Part shown: positions 28,501-37,600 of the stretch, piece after piece
How positions within the stretch are numbered: the first letter of the stretch is position 1
Layout of the letters: each line of letters starts with the position of its first letter
Origin: Antedon mediterranea
Lineage: Eukaryota > Animalia > Echinodermata
Direction of reading: 5' to 3'
Assembly (NCBI RefSeq): GCF_964355755.1
Contig: NC_092673.1
Span: 9,238,001-9,302,000 of the forward strand
DNA: 64,000 nucleotides
Made by a program: the position numbers and the translations under genes
Notes under the pieces: model-generated
The model's database searches: none
Told to the model about the DNA's origin: nothing
What the model saw: only the letters and a program-made list of their open reading frames with translations

Positions 28501-31500
28501 AATAAATGTATTGGTAACCAAATAGTCTTGAGATTTATTTATGAACAAAACGATGCCAGCCGTGAACTGCCCGATAGATGGATATCTATACAACACTCCG
28601 GATAACTTGAGAGATGCCATAGTTGCTGCACTGCTTACTGCAAATGCCAGCTCACACTCTGCCTCGAATCAGACTATAGTAACGTGAACAGGTTAAACGG
28701 CCATCGATATCATCAGCAGGAACCAGTGAGGAGTGGGACTACCGTAAAACCTCGAAAAGAAGCCCATGGGCTTAAACCTCGAAAAGAAGCCCATCTCGAA
28801 AAGAAGCCCCCCTCTACAGTTTGCAAAAGTACTCTCGAAAAGAAGCCCATCTCGAAATGAAGCCCACTGGGCTTCTTTTCGAGATAGACTACTATACTGT
28901 ATTAAGAATGTAGGTTTATTAACTGAACGTCAAAGGAACAGAAATAAACAATACAAACACGTGATTAAGAGTTACTGTAGTTGGATAATTTAATGCCAGA
29001 TACTTGTGATGCAGACTGGTGATAATAATTAATATGTATGATCGTGTTTATCATACATTTATTTTACAGTTTATTGTCGTCCAAATGGTGCTTTGATCGC
29101 ATCTTGTATCTTTTTCTTGTCTGCTTCGTTGGCAAATATGTAAAATCGGCAGGGAATTTCCACAAATGATTGTATTTGACGGTGAATCATAGGACTGTTT
29201 TTTTTTTGCTTTTTATATTGTTTTTTAATTGGTATATTAATCATAATTTCATGATTGAAAAAATGTCTCAACAGTCATATTATTGTAGTAGAAATTCACA
29301 AAATTTACAGCATGTATTTCGAAAAGAAGCCCCCCTCTACAGTTTGCAAAAGTACTCTCGAAAAGAAGCCCATCTCGAAAAGAAGCCCACACAAGAGCAC
29401 TAAAAAAAGAAGAAGCCCATGGGCTTCTTTTCAAAGTTTTACGGTATTTCCTGTCAAGGTGGAATGAGTATGCGAAAGCTACCAAAGTCACTGGAAAGGA
29501 AAGAAACTTTCAGCTGCTGGAATGCAGCGATGATCAGCTAAGAAGAGACCTGATGCGATAGACCACAGGTATATTAACTACAAAGCCGAAGCTGACATCC
29601 TTGCTGGAATGAGAAAGTTACTGTAGCTGTTAGAGAGGAGAATGGCATGGTTGCCCGTGTAACACATACTTCAAGATCGAGATGAAATTATATGTGTACG
29701 GACTGCCAGACCGATATCTATATTTGGATGAGATGGTGAAAGATTTTTCGATATGTGGCCTTGCAGATCAGAAGATTCAGCTTGACGTACTTGGGAAGCG
29801 CAACCAAGATGACAATGGAAGCTGAAATTTCGTATATCGAGGCAAAAGAAGCTGGTAAGCACTCTTCGTCTCGTCTTACAACTACAGGAGCATCGGCCAG
29901 CAGCTCATATCGACAACTGTAGAAGCAACAGGCTAAGATTGGCTCCATGACCCAATTTGCACATATTGCGATAATAATAAAGGACATGGTGCGAAGAGTT
30001 TACCAACGATGCGCAGGCAGTTATGCCCGGCCTATGGTAAAACCTGCTCCAAATGTGGCATTAAACATCATATTGAATCAGTCTGTCGATCTTCGTCAAG
30101 GAAAGGTGATGCTAACAGTACCACAGCGTTGTGTACAACATTCCATGTAAATATGGTCATTGCTCGGCCTCTTTCTCCTGACCATCACATATGTGATGAC
30201 TTGAATGACACTTGGATTCAAAAGAAAGCAAGACCGCATTCATTCACCAAGCTTATGATACAAGCCTTAACAGAGGACTATCAAGCACTGGGGTATAACC
30301 TCTCACAAAGTACTCCAAAAAATGAAGCCTTGGTCATGGCTGTTACTGGTTGTCAAAGTTACTTGGCTGATATTGATATTTTACGTCGGCTACAGATAAG
30401 TAACTCAGTTATTCTCGCTTATTCTATGGTTTATTTACATCAATTTATATTAGGTATCCCAATGTAAAAATTCAAATTAATGATGGTACTTTTTCTTTCA
30501 GTTAATCAGAAGGAACTTACTGAACATAAACTTTTGCAATTTAAATGATTGAAATCGGATTATCCATTCAAAAGTTATGGTCCATTAAAGTGCCCAAAAA
30601 ACAGTGATTTTTGCTTGAAAAATGGCACTTTTTCTAATTATATTTGAACCCATTTTTGAAGGGTTATAACTTTTATACTAATAATTTTAAAGTTCTTATT
30701 TTTTCCAAACCCATAGATACAACAGAGTTGTACAAGAATTTTTTTTTTGGGTGTCCTCGACATTTTTTTTTTTAGATATCGCCCTCCAAAATTCGTCCGA
30801 GGGCTTTTTACGCGTGATTTTCCCAATGTCTCAAAAATGCCCAAAAAGTTCCTGTCTTTAAATGATTCATAACTTTTGAACCAATGTGTGAATTAACTTC
30901 TTTTTTTTTGCATTGCATAAAATGTAATATGTATTTTAGTAAGGTTATTTATATTGACAGGTAGGTAATTCTGAAATACAACATAAAATATTGTTAAAAA
31001 TGTTAAAATGTGAAAAAAAAAAATAATGCGTTAAAAAACTGTGTGGGTATTGTTTCTTTTTATTAAATATTATTTTTCGTAAGTATACATTTTTTTTTTA
31101 ATTCTAGTATTTAAAGTTATATTTATAATCATATATTATTTTAATTGATTTTCGAACCGCCAAAAATAAGAATTAAGCCCGTGCTTATTATGTGTTCGAT
31201 TCCATTTGGAGCGCCGGGCCGAACGTAGACTCGGCCGCGCCTACTACATACTACTACTATATAGGCCCCTAAGACTAAGGTCTAAATAAAAGCCTGGCGC
31301 TAAATTCTGCCTAAGACTAAGAAATATCGGGAAGAAATTTTTTATTTAACAAAGTAATTACCTCAATGGTATAATTGTAAAATGTTTAATTTTATTTCCC
31401 TTTCGATTATTCTAACCGAAAGTTGCACTTTGAATTGAAATATACGGAATAAAATTTAGGCCTAGAAACAGCGTAGACATACAACGGCAACACAGGCCAA

Positions 31501-33644
31501 AGCGCATTTCGGCCGCCTACATAGAATGGCTTACGGCCGCTGCATAGCAAAATCAAAGCTTCTTAAATTTCTTCGGTACATTTCTTCCTAACGTACTTGC
31601 TTTATATAGTAGATTTATAAATATTCCACTTATTAAATAATTTGATAAATCGGTAAAATTGACGTTTCGAAGAAAATATTCCATGAGAGGCGACATTTTT
31701 CGACATGCCTCGTGTGCGGCGAAGACTAGTTCAGAAAATGGAACAGTCCACTGCAGGGGTTATCCAATCATTAATTAACGTGCTAATACATGCATACCAT
31801 GCACATTGTCTGGGCGACGGTAATTTAGTAATAAGCGGAGAACTGAATCCCCCCCCCGTAAGGAAAATGGTAAACACTGATATTTTTGGTAGGGATTATT
31901 TTTTTCAGTGGTTGGTCTTGTTGGCCTCTTCGCACGAGGTCCACGCAAAGTAAAATAAAACGATGTGGTTTATCAAACAGAAATATAAATTAGCTTCAAT
32001 TCAATACTAAATTAGCCAAATTTTGATAATGAGAAAGACTAAAAAATTCAATTTTTATCGTTAAAATTGACATTTGAGGCGGATGTACATAATAATAATA
32101 ACCGATTTACATAGCAAAATAAAGAGTATTTAAAGCCTGATAACATGCAACAAAAATTACTCCACCACCTATTATGGACCTCGTGCGATCGTGTTTTGAA
32201 AATGGGTAGGTGTTTTCCAAAGTTATTTTTAGCGCGCGGATTTCGGCTCGCCGGCTTTTGTACCTCATTTTTAACTCGCGTTTTCTATTAAAATATTTAA
32301 TAAACATAGATTAAAAATATATGAAAATAATCCCTTCAACAAGATCTTTCCAGACATATAATTTTTATTCACATGTGTATATAATAAATAGTATATTTTT
32401 AACTTCAAAGACACGTCACTTTTTGAAATTTCACGAACGTGTTAAAATCGCGGTAACGAAAATCCGCTTCATTGGGATACCTATTTATATATCAACACAC
32501 GGTTTGAAAATTATATACAGTACACAAATTCTCGGCCAGCAAGCAAAGTAGGCCTTTGCTAAAACAATCTTAGATAAATCAAGCCATGTTATGTAGGGGG
32601 AAATTACTGGTTCGTGTACACATAGCATACTGTAGTGATTAATTGAATGGAAATATTTATTATCTCATCCTGCATCCTGTTGATTTGATTATGGTAGAAG
32701 AAAAAAATATAAATCTTACTATTAACAAATATAGCATAATTATCACAGTTTATCATGATCTTCAGTTGACCTGTTGAAACAAACAAATTTTAAATTCAAT
32801 TAAATATACGGTACCTCTATAGAATGTACTTAATGTTGGAATTGAGAGCATTATTGAGAAATTTTAGACCCAAATGTTGGTGAAATGACATTCTTGCTGT
32901 CATTTCGGATTTTTTTTTAAAGCAGGGATTTTTAAAATAAATAAATAATAAATATGTAAATAAAAACCTAACAAAATAAAAATAATGGAGATCTATAACT
33001 TAAGCACATGTTGAACAAACTGGTTACTTTGACTCAAAGTCAGTTAACTTTACAATTTATGTAATATATATTGGGTATGATATTTTTCTCATGTTACTTG
33101 TTAGTGGTATTGTACATGTCGTAAGCTATACTTTGATATCAAACTTGACATATTTATGTAATTTAAATTTTTTTAAATATTTTTACATAGCTACATAATA
33201 TATTCAAAATGGGCGTGGTAAAAATGTCGTCAATAAATTGTTCAAATTTTTGGGCACCCCTTCTAGAATTGTTAGTTAGGTCCTAAAGAAGGTTTCTGCC
33301 AAGTTTGGTGCTTTTGTCACAAAGTGCACAATATGGCCAAAAATAGGACCTAAGCAACCTGACTAATAGTAATAGCAGCGTCAGTACAGTAATAGAAAAT
33401 GTCAAGAAAATTTAAAACAATGCATAGTTTAACCTTGATCTTGTGAGCTTATACCAGCAGCTCGTAGTTGTCTCCTCCTCATTGAAGACACTCTTCGCAG
33501 TTTCATAAAATTCTGTTTCTCAATCCTACGTCGTTTAGCATGTTGTGTATTGCTAGTTGAGCGAACTTGATTTCTTGATAATTCAATTGCACTATCATTT
33601 TTTAGAGATGTTTCCAGAGAACGCTTGCTTATTAGCATTGCCAT
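1347..33644 (-). CDS. RGS3: RGS3-like multi-exon gene (C2 + PDZ + low-complexity region + PH-like); 12 coding exons resolved, 3' end unresolved
   Basis: Exons 33644-33434, 32770-32720, 25275-25217, 24699-24599, 24194-24129, 23476-23419, 16038-15919, 15504-15420, 5797-5692, 5234-3590, 2549-2466, 1734-1605 and 1507-1347 all have GT-AG borders and compatible phases. The C2 motifs GQLKIMI, CNPYVKV, NPRFNEQF, FLGCMSFG and EVGGWYRLLDQDLGRIKH resemble the RGS3-type C2 domain and are followed by a PDZ domain. No RGS domain lies in the window, so this may be a paralog. Confidence 0.8.
1605..1734 (-). CDS. RGS3: RGS3-like exon, PH (VFGILFSDMLIFAKQ...)
   Basis: LFSDxLI PH motif; acceptor gtttag, donor gtgagt. 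Confidence 0.85.
2466..2549 (-). CDS. RGS3: RGS3-like exon, PH start (PFIVDVAERDFIHAGKLFLRKKVNKVQE)
   Basis: Acceptor ttttatag, donor gtaat; RxxIxxGxL motif at the start of PH domains. Confidence 0.85.
2740..3430 (+). mobile_element. LINE (CR1/L2-like) 3' remnant
   Basis: ORF LYNTLIQPHLLYCNLIW...SEPIFKQLNIL and a later GPHLWN motif, typical of the region C-terminal to LINE RT. Confidence 0.75.
3590..5234 (-). CDS. RGS3: RGS3-like 1645-bp exon, Ser/Pro/Lys-rich low-complexity region
   Basis: Covers ORF 3521-5173; acceptor ctaatag at 5235 and donor GAG|gtaatt; phase 2-0 fits both neighbours; contains KPKIPEKPK repeats. Confidence 0.85.
5692..5797 (-). CDS. RGS3: RGS3-like exon, PDZ C-half (GGPAEKVGLECNDLFLELNGFNV...)
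   Basis: PDZ motif GPAExxGLxxxDxxxxxNG; acceptor ttttag, donor gtacgt. Confidence 0.9.
7303..9365 (+). mobile_element. Non-autonomous Helentron/HINE-like element, family A copy 1, with an internal 771-bp tandem duplication
   Basis: Begins ACTAGATGG...CCATCTAG (hairpin) and ends TATATATAGAT; 7325-8095 is repeated at 8096-8866; a near-identical inverted copy lies at 38556-40105. Confidence 0.75.
9821..11566. mobile_element. hAT-like non-autonomous element carrying a ~1.1-kb piece of another element
   Basis: TIRs TAGGCTCGCGCTAA / TTAGCGCGAGCGTA with subterminal TTCGCCA/TGGCGAA repeats; TSD degenerate. Confidence 0.6.
11650..12050 (-). mobile_element. LINE 3' remnant
   Basis: Degenerate C-terminal LINE motifs (RTYSFIAI-like) and an AATAAA-type tail near 11660. 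Confidence 0.45.
12964..14355. mobile_element. Kolobok-like non-autonomous DNA transposon
   Basis: TTAA TSD at 12960-12963 and 14356-14359; TIR AGTGGAGCT(C/A)CAC(C/T)CAGA; AG..CT termini fit Kolobok better than piggyBac. Confidence 0.75.
14360..14805 (+). mobile_element. LINE (CR1/L2-like) 3' remnant
   Basis: HNANTR...PKARTDAGKFRISFTGAQLWNNLP motif followed by an AATAAA tail. Confidence 0.75.
15420..15504 (-). CDS. RGS3: RGS3-like exon, PDZ N-half (LTVERGEDGRYGFTLLDSLPVRVNTIVP)
   Basis: RYGF carboxylate-binding loop; acceptor ttacag, donor gtaagt. Confidence 0.9.
15919..16038 (-). CDS. RGS3: RGS3-like exon, C2 end (EVGGWYRLLDQDLGRIKHHPVAMQ...)
   Basis: Acceptor ttttacag; GWYxLL motif; donor gttagt at phase 0 (exact donor less certain). 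Confidence 0.8.
16477..16720 (+). repeat. BEL 5' LTR
   Basis: Direct repeat of 22066-22337; TATA-like TATATATAAA and AATAAA. Confidence 0.9.
16725..16742 (+). other. Primer-binding site, initiator tRNA-Met-like
   Basis: TGGTAGCAGTGCGAGGTT just after the LTR; the TGGTAGCAG start is complementary to the 3' end of tRNA-iMet. Confidence 0.7.
16817..21705 (+). pseudogene. Disrupted BEL gag-pol (gag, CCHC-type knuckles, aspartic protease, RT, integrase C-terminus)
   Basis: IPEFGGD / KLQYL gag motifs; CFKCLGNHMAKDC..CNIEGCKSDHNRLLH; NVLLDDGS; LTPLGW; WFLPHFPV; PGP; YMDD; WRFNPPLAPHFGG; LNSRPL; WPLGRV; multiple frameshifts and stops. Confidence 0.9.
18037..19519 (+). repeat. 39-bp minisatellite, ~38 copies, encoding SSSSDRDKP(S/R)EG(G/W)
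   Basis: Unit TCAAGTAGCAGTGATAGGGATAAACCCAGTGAAGGTGGG, between the gag knuckles and the protease. Confidence 0.97.
22066..22337 (+). repeat. BEL 3' LTR, preceded by PPT GAAGGGGAGAA (22055-22065)
   Basis: Direct repeat of the 5' LTR; TGTT...AACA ends. Confidence 0.9.
22520..22590 (+). mobile_element. tRNA-derived SINE head remnant
   Basis: A-box-like TGGCTCGGTGG and B-box-like GATCGAATC in a TGAG..CTCA T-stem. Confidence 0.45.
22876..23315 (+). mobile_element. Diverged 5' fragment of HINE-like family A
   Basis: Colinear with 7303-7795 (TACCATCTAGGTC, GATGGTTCTCGAATAC, GGGAATTACTTCCG). Confidence 0.75.
23419..23476 (-). CDS. RGS3: RGS3-like exon, C2 (NEFLGCMSFGTKSLLFKQK)
   Basis: Acceptor ttttgcag, donor gtatgt; LGCMSFG is typical of the RGS3-type C2 domain. 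Confidence 0.9.
24129..24194 (-). CDS. RGS3: RGS3-like exon, C2 (ALKETPRNGRIIISVFNRFGT)
   Basis: Acceptor tttttag, donor gtagtt, phase 2-2. Confidence 0.8.
24599..24699 (-). CDS. RGS3: RGS3-like exon, C2 (VLLRNYDQENGCIWKRTKTIENNRNPRFNEQFT)
   Basis: Acceptor ttttaag, donor gtaagt, C2 motif NPxFNExF. Confidence 0.85.
25217..25275 (-). CDS. RGS3: RGS3-like exon, C2 (IAARKLMFSEKRVCNPYVK)
   Basis: Acceptor ttttag, donor gtaagt, C2 motif PYVK. Confidence 0.85.
25960..28050 (-). mobile_element. LINE (CR1/L2-group) ORF2 remnant, from the endonuclease end through RT
   Basis: LDLIITN and PIGMSDH (APE); KSVGPDKIP, PIPK, PISLT, GVPQGTKLGP and KYFDD (RT); frameshifted. Confidence 0.9.
28087..28128 (+). 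repeat. 15-bp tandem repeat x3 (GGATTCAGCAAACTG)
   Basis: Seen directly in the sequence. Confidence 0.8.
28554..30395 (+). mobile_element. Gypsy-like LTR retrotransposon gag-protease remnant
   Basis: MPAVNCPIDG...AIVAALL; EEWDYFLSRWNEY; CPAYGKTCSKCGIKHHIESVC knuckle; degenerate protease MAVTGCQS; interrupted by a MITE. Confidence 0.75.
28742..29444. mobile_element. pogo/Tigger-like MITE inserted in the Gypsy gag
   Basis: TA TSD; TIR CCGTAAAAC..GAAAAGAAGCCCATGGGCTT; removing it restores GAC TAT TTC (D-Y-F) in gag. Confidence 0.85.
30451..32483. mobile_element. Non-autonomous TIR DNA transposon (family B)
   Basis: 14-bp TIR TAGGTATCCCAATG / CATTGGGATACCTA flanked by the direct repeat TTTATAT; the right half is repeated at ~10300-11380. 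Confidence 0.75.
32720..32770 (-). CDS. RGS3: RGS3-like exon, C2 start (GQLKIMINCDNYAIFVN)
   Basis: Acceptor tttcaacag, donor gtaaga, phase 1-1. Confidence 0.8.
33434..33644 (-). CDS. RGS3: RGS3-like first coding exon (MAMLISKR...SSQDQ)
   Basis: ATG at 33644; the ORF is open to a phase-1 donor CAAG|GTTAAA that matches the next exon (G|GT CAA CTG AAG). Confidence 0.65.
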
Positions 33645-33899
33645 GTTAATTTACTGCAGTACTTTACTATAATAAAAAATATGGTATTAATTTAAATAAT
33701 ATGAGCATTTACAGTATACATCAATTAAACAAATTTTCCATTTTTTTTCTAGTAATACTAATACTGACATAATACCATGGCAAACATTTCTGTGATTTGG
33801 AGCTGTGTGCAGCGATGCATATCTGGGGTGGCTCCAGAGATGCACATGATGCGATTGCATCCCACTCCCCAAGTTATAACTTATATTAAGCCAAAATTC

Positions 33900-34400
33900 T
33901 AAAATAAAGAAGACCCTAGGATTATTTATTTATTCTTTCTTTATTCTGCAGGCACTTTCAGTACTACTGTATAGTGCACTGATTTTCAAAGTGGTACAGT
34001 AATTGGAAATATCATAACCAAACATAATAATAAAGAGTAATCAAAATAATAGAGAAAATATACATTAAAAATAGAAATCAATTTTAGAAAAGAAAACTTA
34101 GTTTAAATGTTGTGTATTAATTTGTATTTTGGAATGAAGTTATTGACATATTTTTTAAGTTCATTTTTAATTCATTTGGAAGTTCATTCTAGCTTTTATA
34201 TAGATGAACGATTCAAGTAAAATTGTTTTGCCTTGACAAATATTCCAGGTGGGGACAACTAAATCATTATGGCTTTGGCTTCGTGTGGCTTTAGAATGTC
34301 TTGTATTATTAAAAGTTAATTTTGAGGTGAAATATGTTGGAGGACATCGTTTTAAACATTAAAAGTCATTAATAGTAATTTTCCATTCCAAAGTACATTT
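33900..34400 (-). mobile_element. LINE 3' remnant
   Basis: Degenerate HSKATRSQSHNDLVVP motif and an AATAAATAAATAA tail near 33920. Confidence 0.5.
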
Positions 34401-34402
34401 AA

Positions 34403-34632
34403 ACGGATGATACTTAATAAATACTGTATCATCCGTCAGGGTACTACCAGATTCACAGTGAATTAAAAACATTTTTTAACTAGGTGCCCTGACGGATGAT
34501 ACATTAATAAATATTATCTGTCAGGGCTCTACCAGATTCACAGTAAATTAACAACGTATGTTAACTATAGGTGCCCTGACGGATGATACATTAATAACTA
34601 TCCTCCGTCAGGGAATTACCAGATCCACAGTA
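34403..34632. repeat. Tandem ~86-bp hairpin units (ATCATCCGTCAGGG...CCCTGACGGATGAT), ~2.5 copies
   Basis: Seen directly in the sequence. Confidence 0.75.
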
Positions 34633-34633
34633 A

Positions 34634-37600
34634 ACTAGACATGAAACTTGTCACTTTGACGAGTTAGTTATCCGCACGACAAACGCCACATGCACGTCAT
34701 ACGTTGAAATATTGCACACAGAAAAAGATTATGGCATTATGACCTGAACTGAAGAATACGATATGTTGTTATTGCTGAATTCTATTAATTACATGTATTT
34801 TGATTCATATATAGTATACACATTAAAATAATCTGTATCCATATCACATACTGTGTAGAATAGGTGAAATTACGGGACCCGCTATTTATTGCAATTTTTA
34901 ACATGTTGACGGTTTTAAAATGAAACGCGAAGGTAGCGATTTTGGAAGGAAATTATCTCAGCAACAACATATTAACGTTTAGAAGAAATTTGAATACGTG
35001 AAATATAAATGCGCGCTCTTTTAAATGTAATGAATTATGACGCAAAAGATGAAAATACGACTTTTTTTATTTAACTGGCCATATGATGACATCACAACAT
35101 CTGATTGGCAAAATGTTCACATGAATTCGTATCTACAATCCAATAGCTTCCTGAAAACGTTTAAGTCGAAATCGTTTAAAAGTTGGTAAAATCACTAGAA
35201 AAGGCCGGAAAAACATAAATCAGGCAAAAAAAAAATGTTTTTAACGCTACGTTTGCACCATGCACGTAAAAAAAATGCGCGCGCGTGGGAATTTTTTACA
35301 TGCTAAAAATGACATGAAACGCGTAGAAAGTTGATTAATCAACTTTTACACAAGGGATGAAAATATGGATTTTTGAATTCAACTGGCCATATGATGACGT
35401 CACAACATCTGATTGGCAAAACATTCACATGAATTCGTATCTACAATCAAATAGCTTCCAGAAAACGTTTTAAATTCTGACGAGCTATAACAGATTGAAA
35501 TTTACTGTAAAAAGATGAAAATAGGTGACCCACATTATTTACATTTTTAGACATAATGACGTCATAAAAATTAAAATATTTTTAACTCATGCGAAAGATA
35601 GTTGATTGCCCTAGACAGTATTAAAATATCTGAGGAAATGGAATACGTATAAGCGAGATGCGCTCTTTTTAATGTGATGAGCAATAACAAAAGAGTAATA
35701 AATCTTATATTTTTACATTCGTGTGGCCATACGATGACGTCATAACATCTGAGGGGTAAAGATTCTGCATGAATTCATATCTACAACATATCTGCTTACA
35801 TATTAAATTACAAAAATTGGGGGTCATGGATGATCCTGAGGAGCTATAATAGATTAAAAATAGGCATAATTTTGACAATATGTTGTCACTTTTGCAACTA
35901 AAACGCGCGCAAATGGTCTAAATCAACGTGTTCGTATGACGTCATTTTAATTTGAAATGATGTCAATCTTTTTTAAAATGACTAGGAAAGGCTGTTAGAT
36001 CATAATTCAAGAAGAACACATGATTTTCATGCTCCGTGCGAACCTTACGCGTAAATTTTTTCGCGCGCGTGGGATTTTTGACATGCTCAAAATTTCATGA
36101 TCAGGATAGAAAGTTGATTAGAAATTAATTTTGCGCAATTTTAAATGTAAAATGCGTGTGCGCGCGTAACTTCTTGTGAAACATGCCATTTTTAATCCAT
36201 AGAAAGTTCGCCCTTGATATGACTTAAATTTTTAAAAAGTGTCAATAAAAAATGACTTTTGGTTTATAATCTATGATCAATCATTGAAATTCATAAAATT
36301 ACGCTACGCTACGCTAACGTCATAACGAAGTTTCTTGCACATCTACAGCTACAGGTCAATTTTTTGACAAAGTTATACAAACAATAGGGGATATGCGATG
36401 CACAAAAATCCAGGAAAGAAAGAAGAACTAGACATGAAACTTGTCACTTTGACGAGTTAGTTATCCGCACAACAAACGCCACGTGCGCGTCATACGTTAG
36501 AATTTTGCACACAGAAAAAGATTATGGCATTATGACCTGATCTGAAGAATATGATATATTGTTAGTGCTGAATTTTGTGTAAAATAGTATATACAGTATA
36601 AACAGTATAATCTGTATATTACATACCGTGTAGAATAGGTGAAATTATGGGACCCGCCATTTATTCCAATTTTGAACATGGTGACGATATCAAAAAGAAA
36701 CACTAAGATAGCAATATCGGAAGAAAATTATCTCACCAACAACATATTAACGTGTAGAAGAAATTTTAATACGTAAAATATAGATGCGCGCTCTTTTAAA
36801 TGTGATAAACTATGACGCAAAATATGAAAATACAACTCTTTTTATTCAACTGGCCATACGATGAAGTCTCAACATCCGATTGGCAAAATGTTCACATTAT
36901 TTCATATCTACAATCCAATAGCTTCCAGAAAACGTTTTAATCGTGATTATCACATTTTATTCTTACGAGCTATAACAGATTAAAATTTACTGTAAAGATG
37001 AAATTAATGACCCACACTAATAATTTAAATTTTTAGGCATGACGATGAAAAATTAAAATATTTTTAACACATGCGTAAGATAGTTGATTGACCTAGACAA
37101 TATTAAAATCCCGGAGAAAAAGGAATACAGATAAGCGTGATGCGCTCCATTTAATGTGATGAGCAATAACGAAAGAGACAAAAATCCTATATTTTACATT
37201 CGTGTGGCCATACGATGACGTCACAATGTCCGGTTAGCCATATTGATTAATGATCCGATATCTACAACTCATCACCTTCCAGAATATGTAATTAAAAAAA
37301 AGTTTACCTGGTAGTTTAGAATCTATGATTGTTTAAAAAAGGGCATAATTTTGACGAATTTTTGAACTTTTTCATTAAAAACAAATGCAAAATTGTACAA
37401 TTCGACGTGCTCGTATGACATAATTTAAAGTCGAAATTGTTTTAAAATTGGTAAAATTACTATAAAAGGCTGAACAAACATAATTCAATCGAAAAAAAAA
37501 ATATTTTTAGCGCTACGTGCGCACCACACGCATAAAATTGTTCGCGCGCGTGGGAATTTTTGACATGCTCAAAATGTCATGATCAGCGTAGAAAGTTGAT

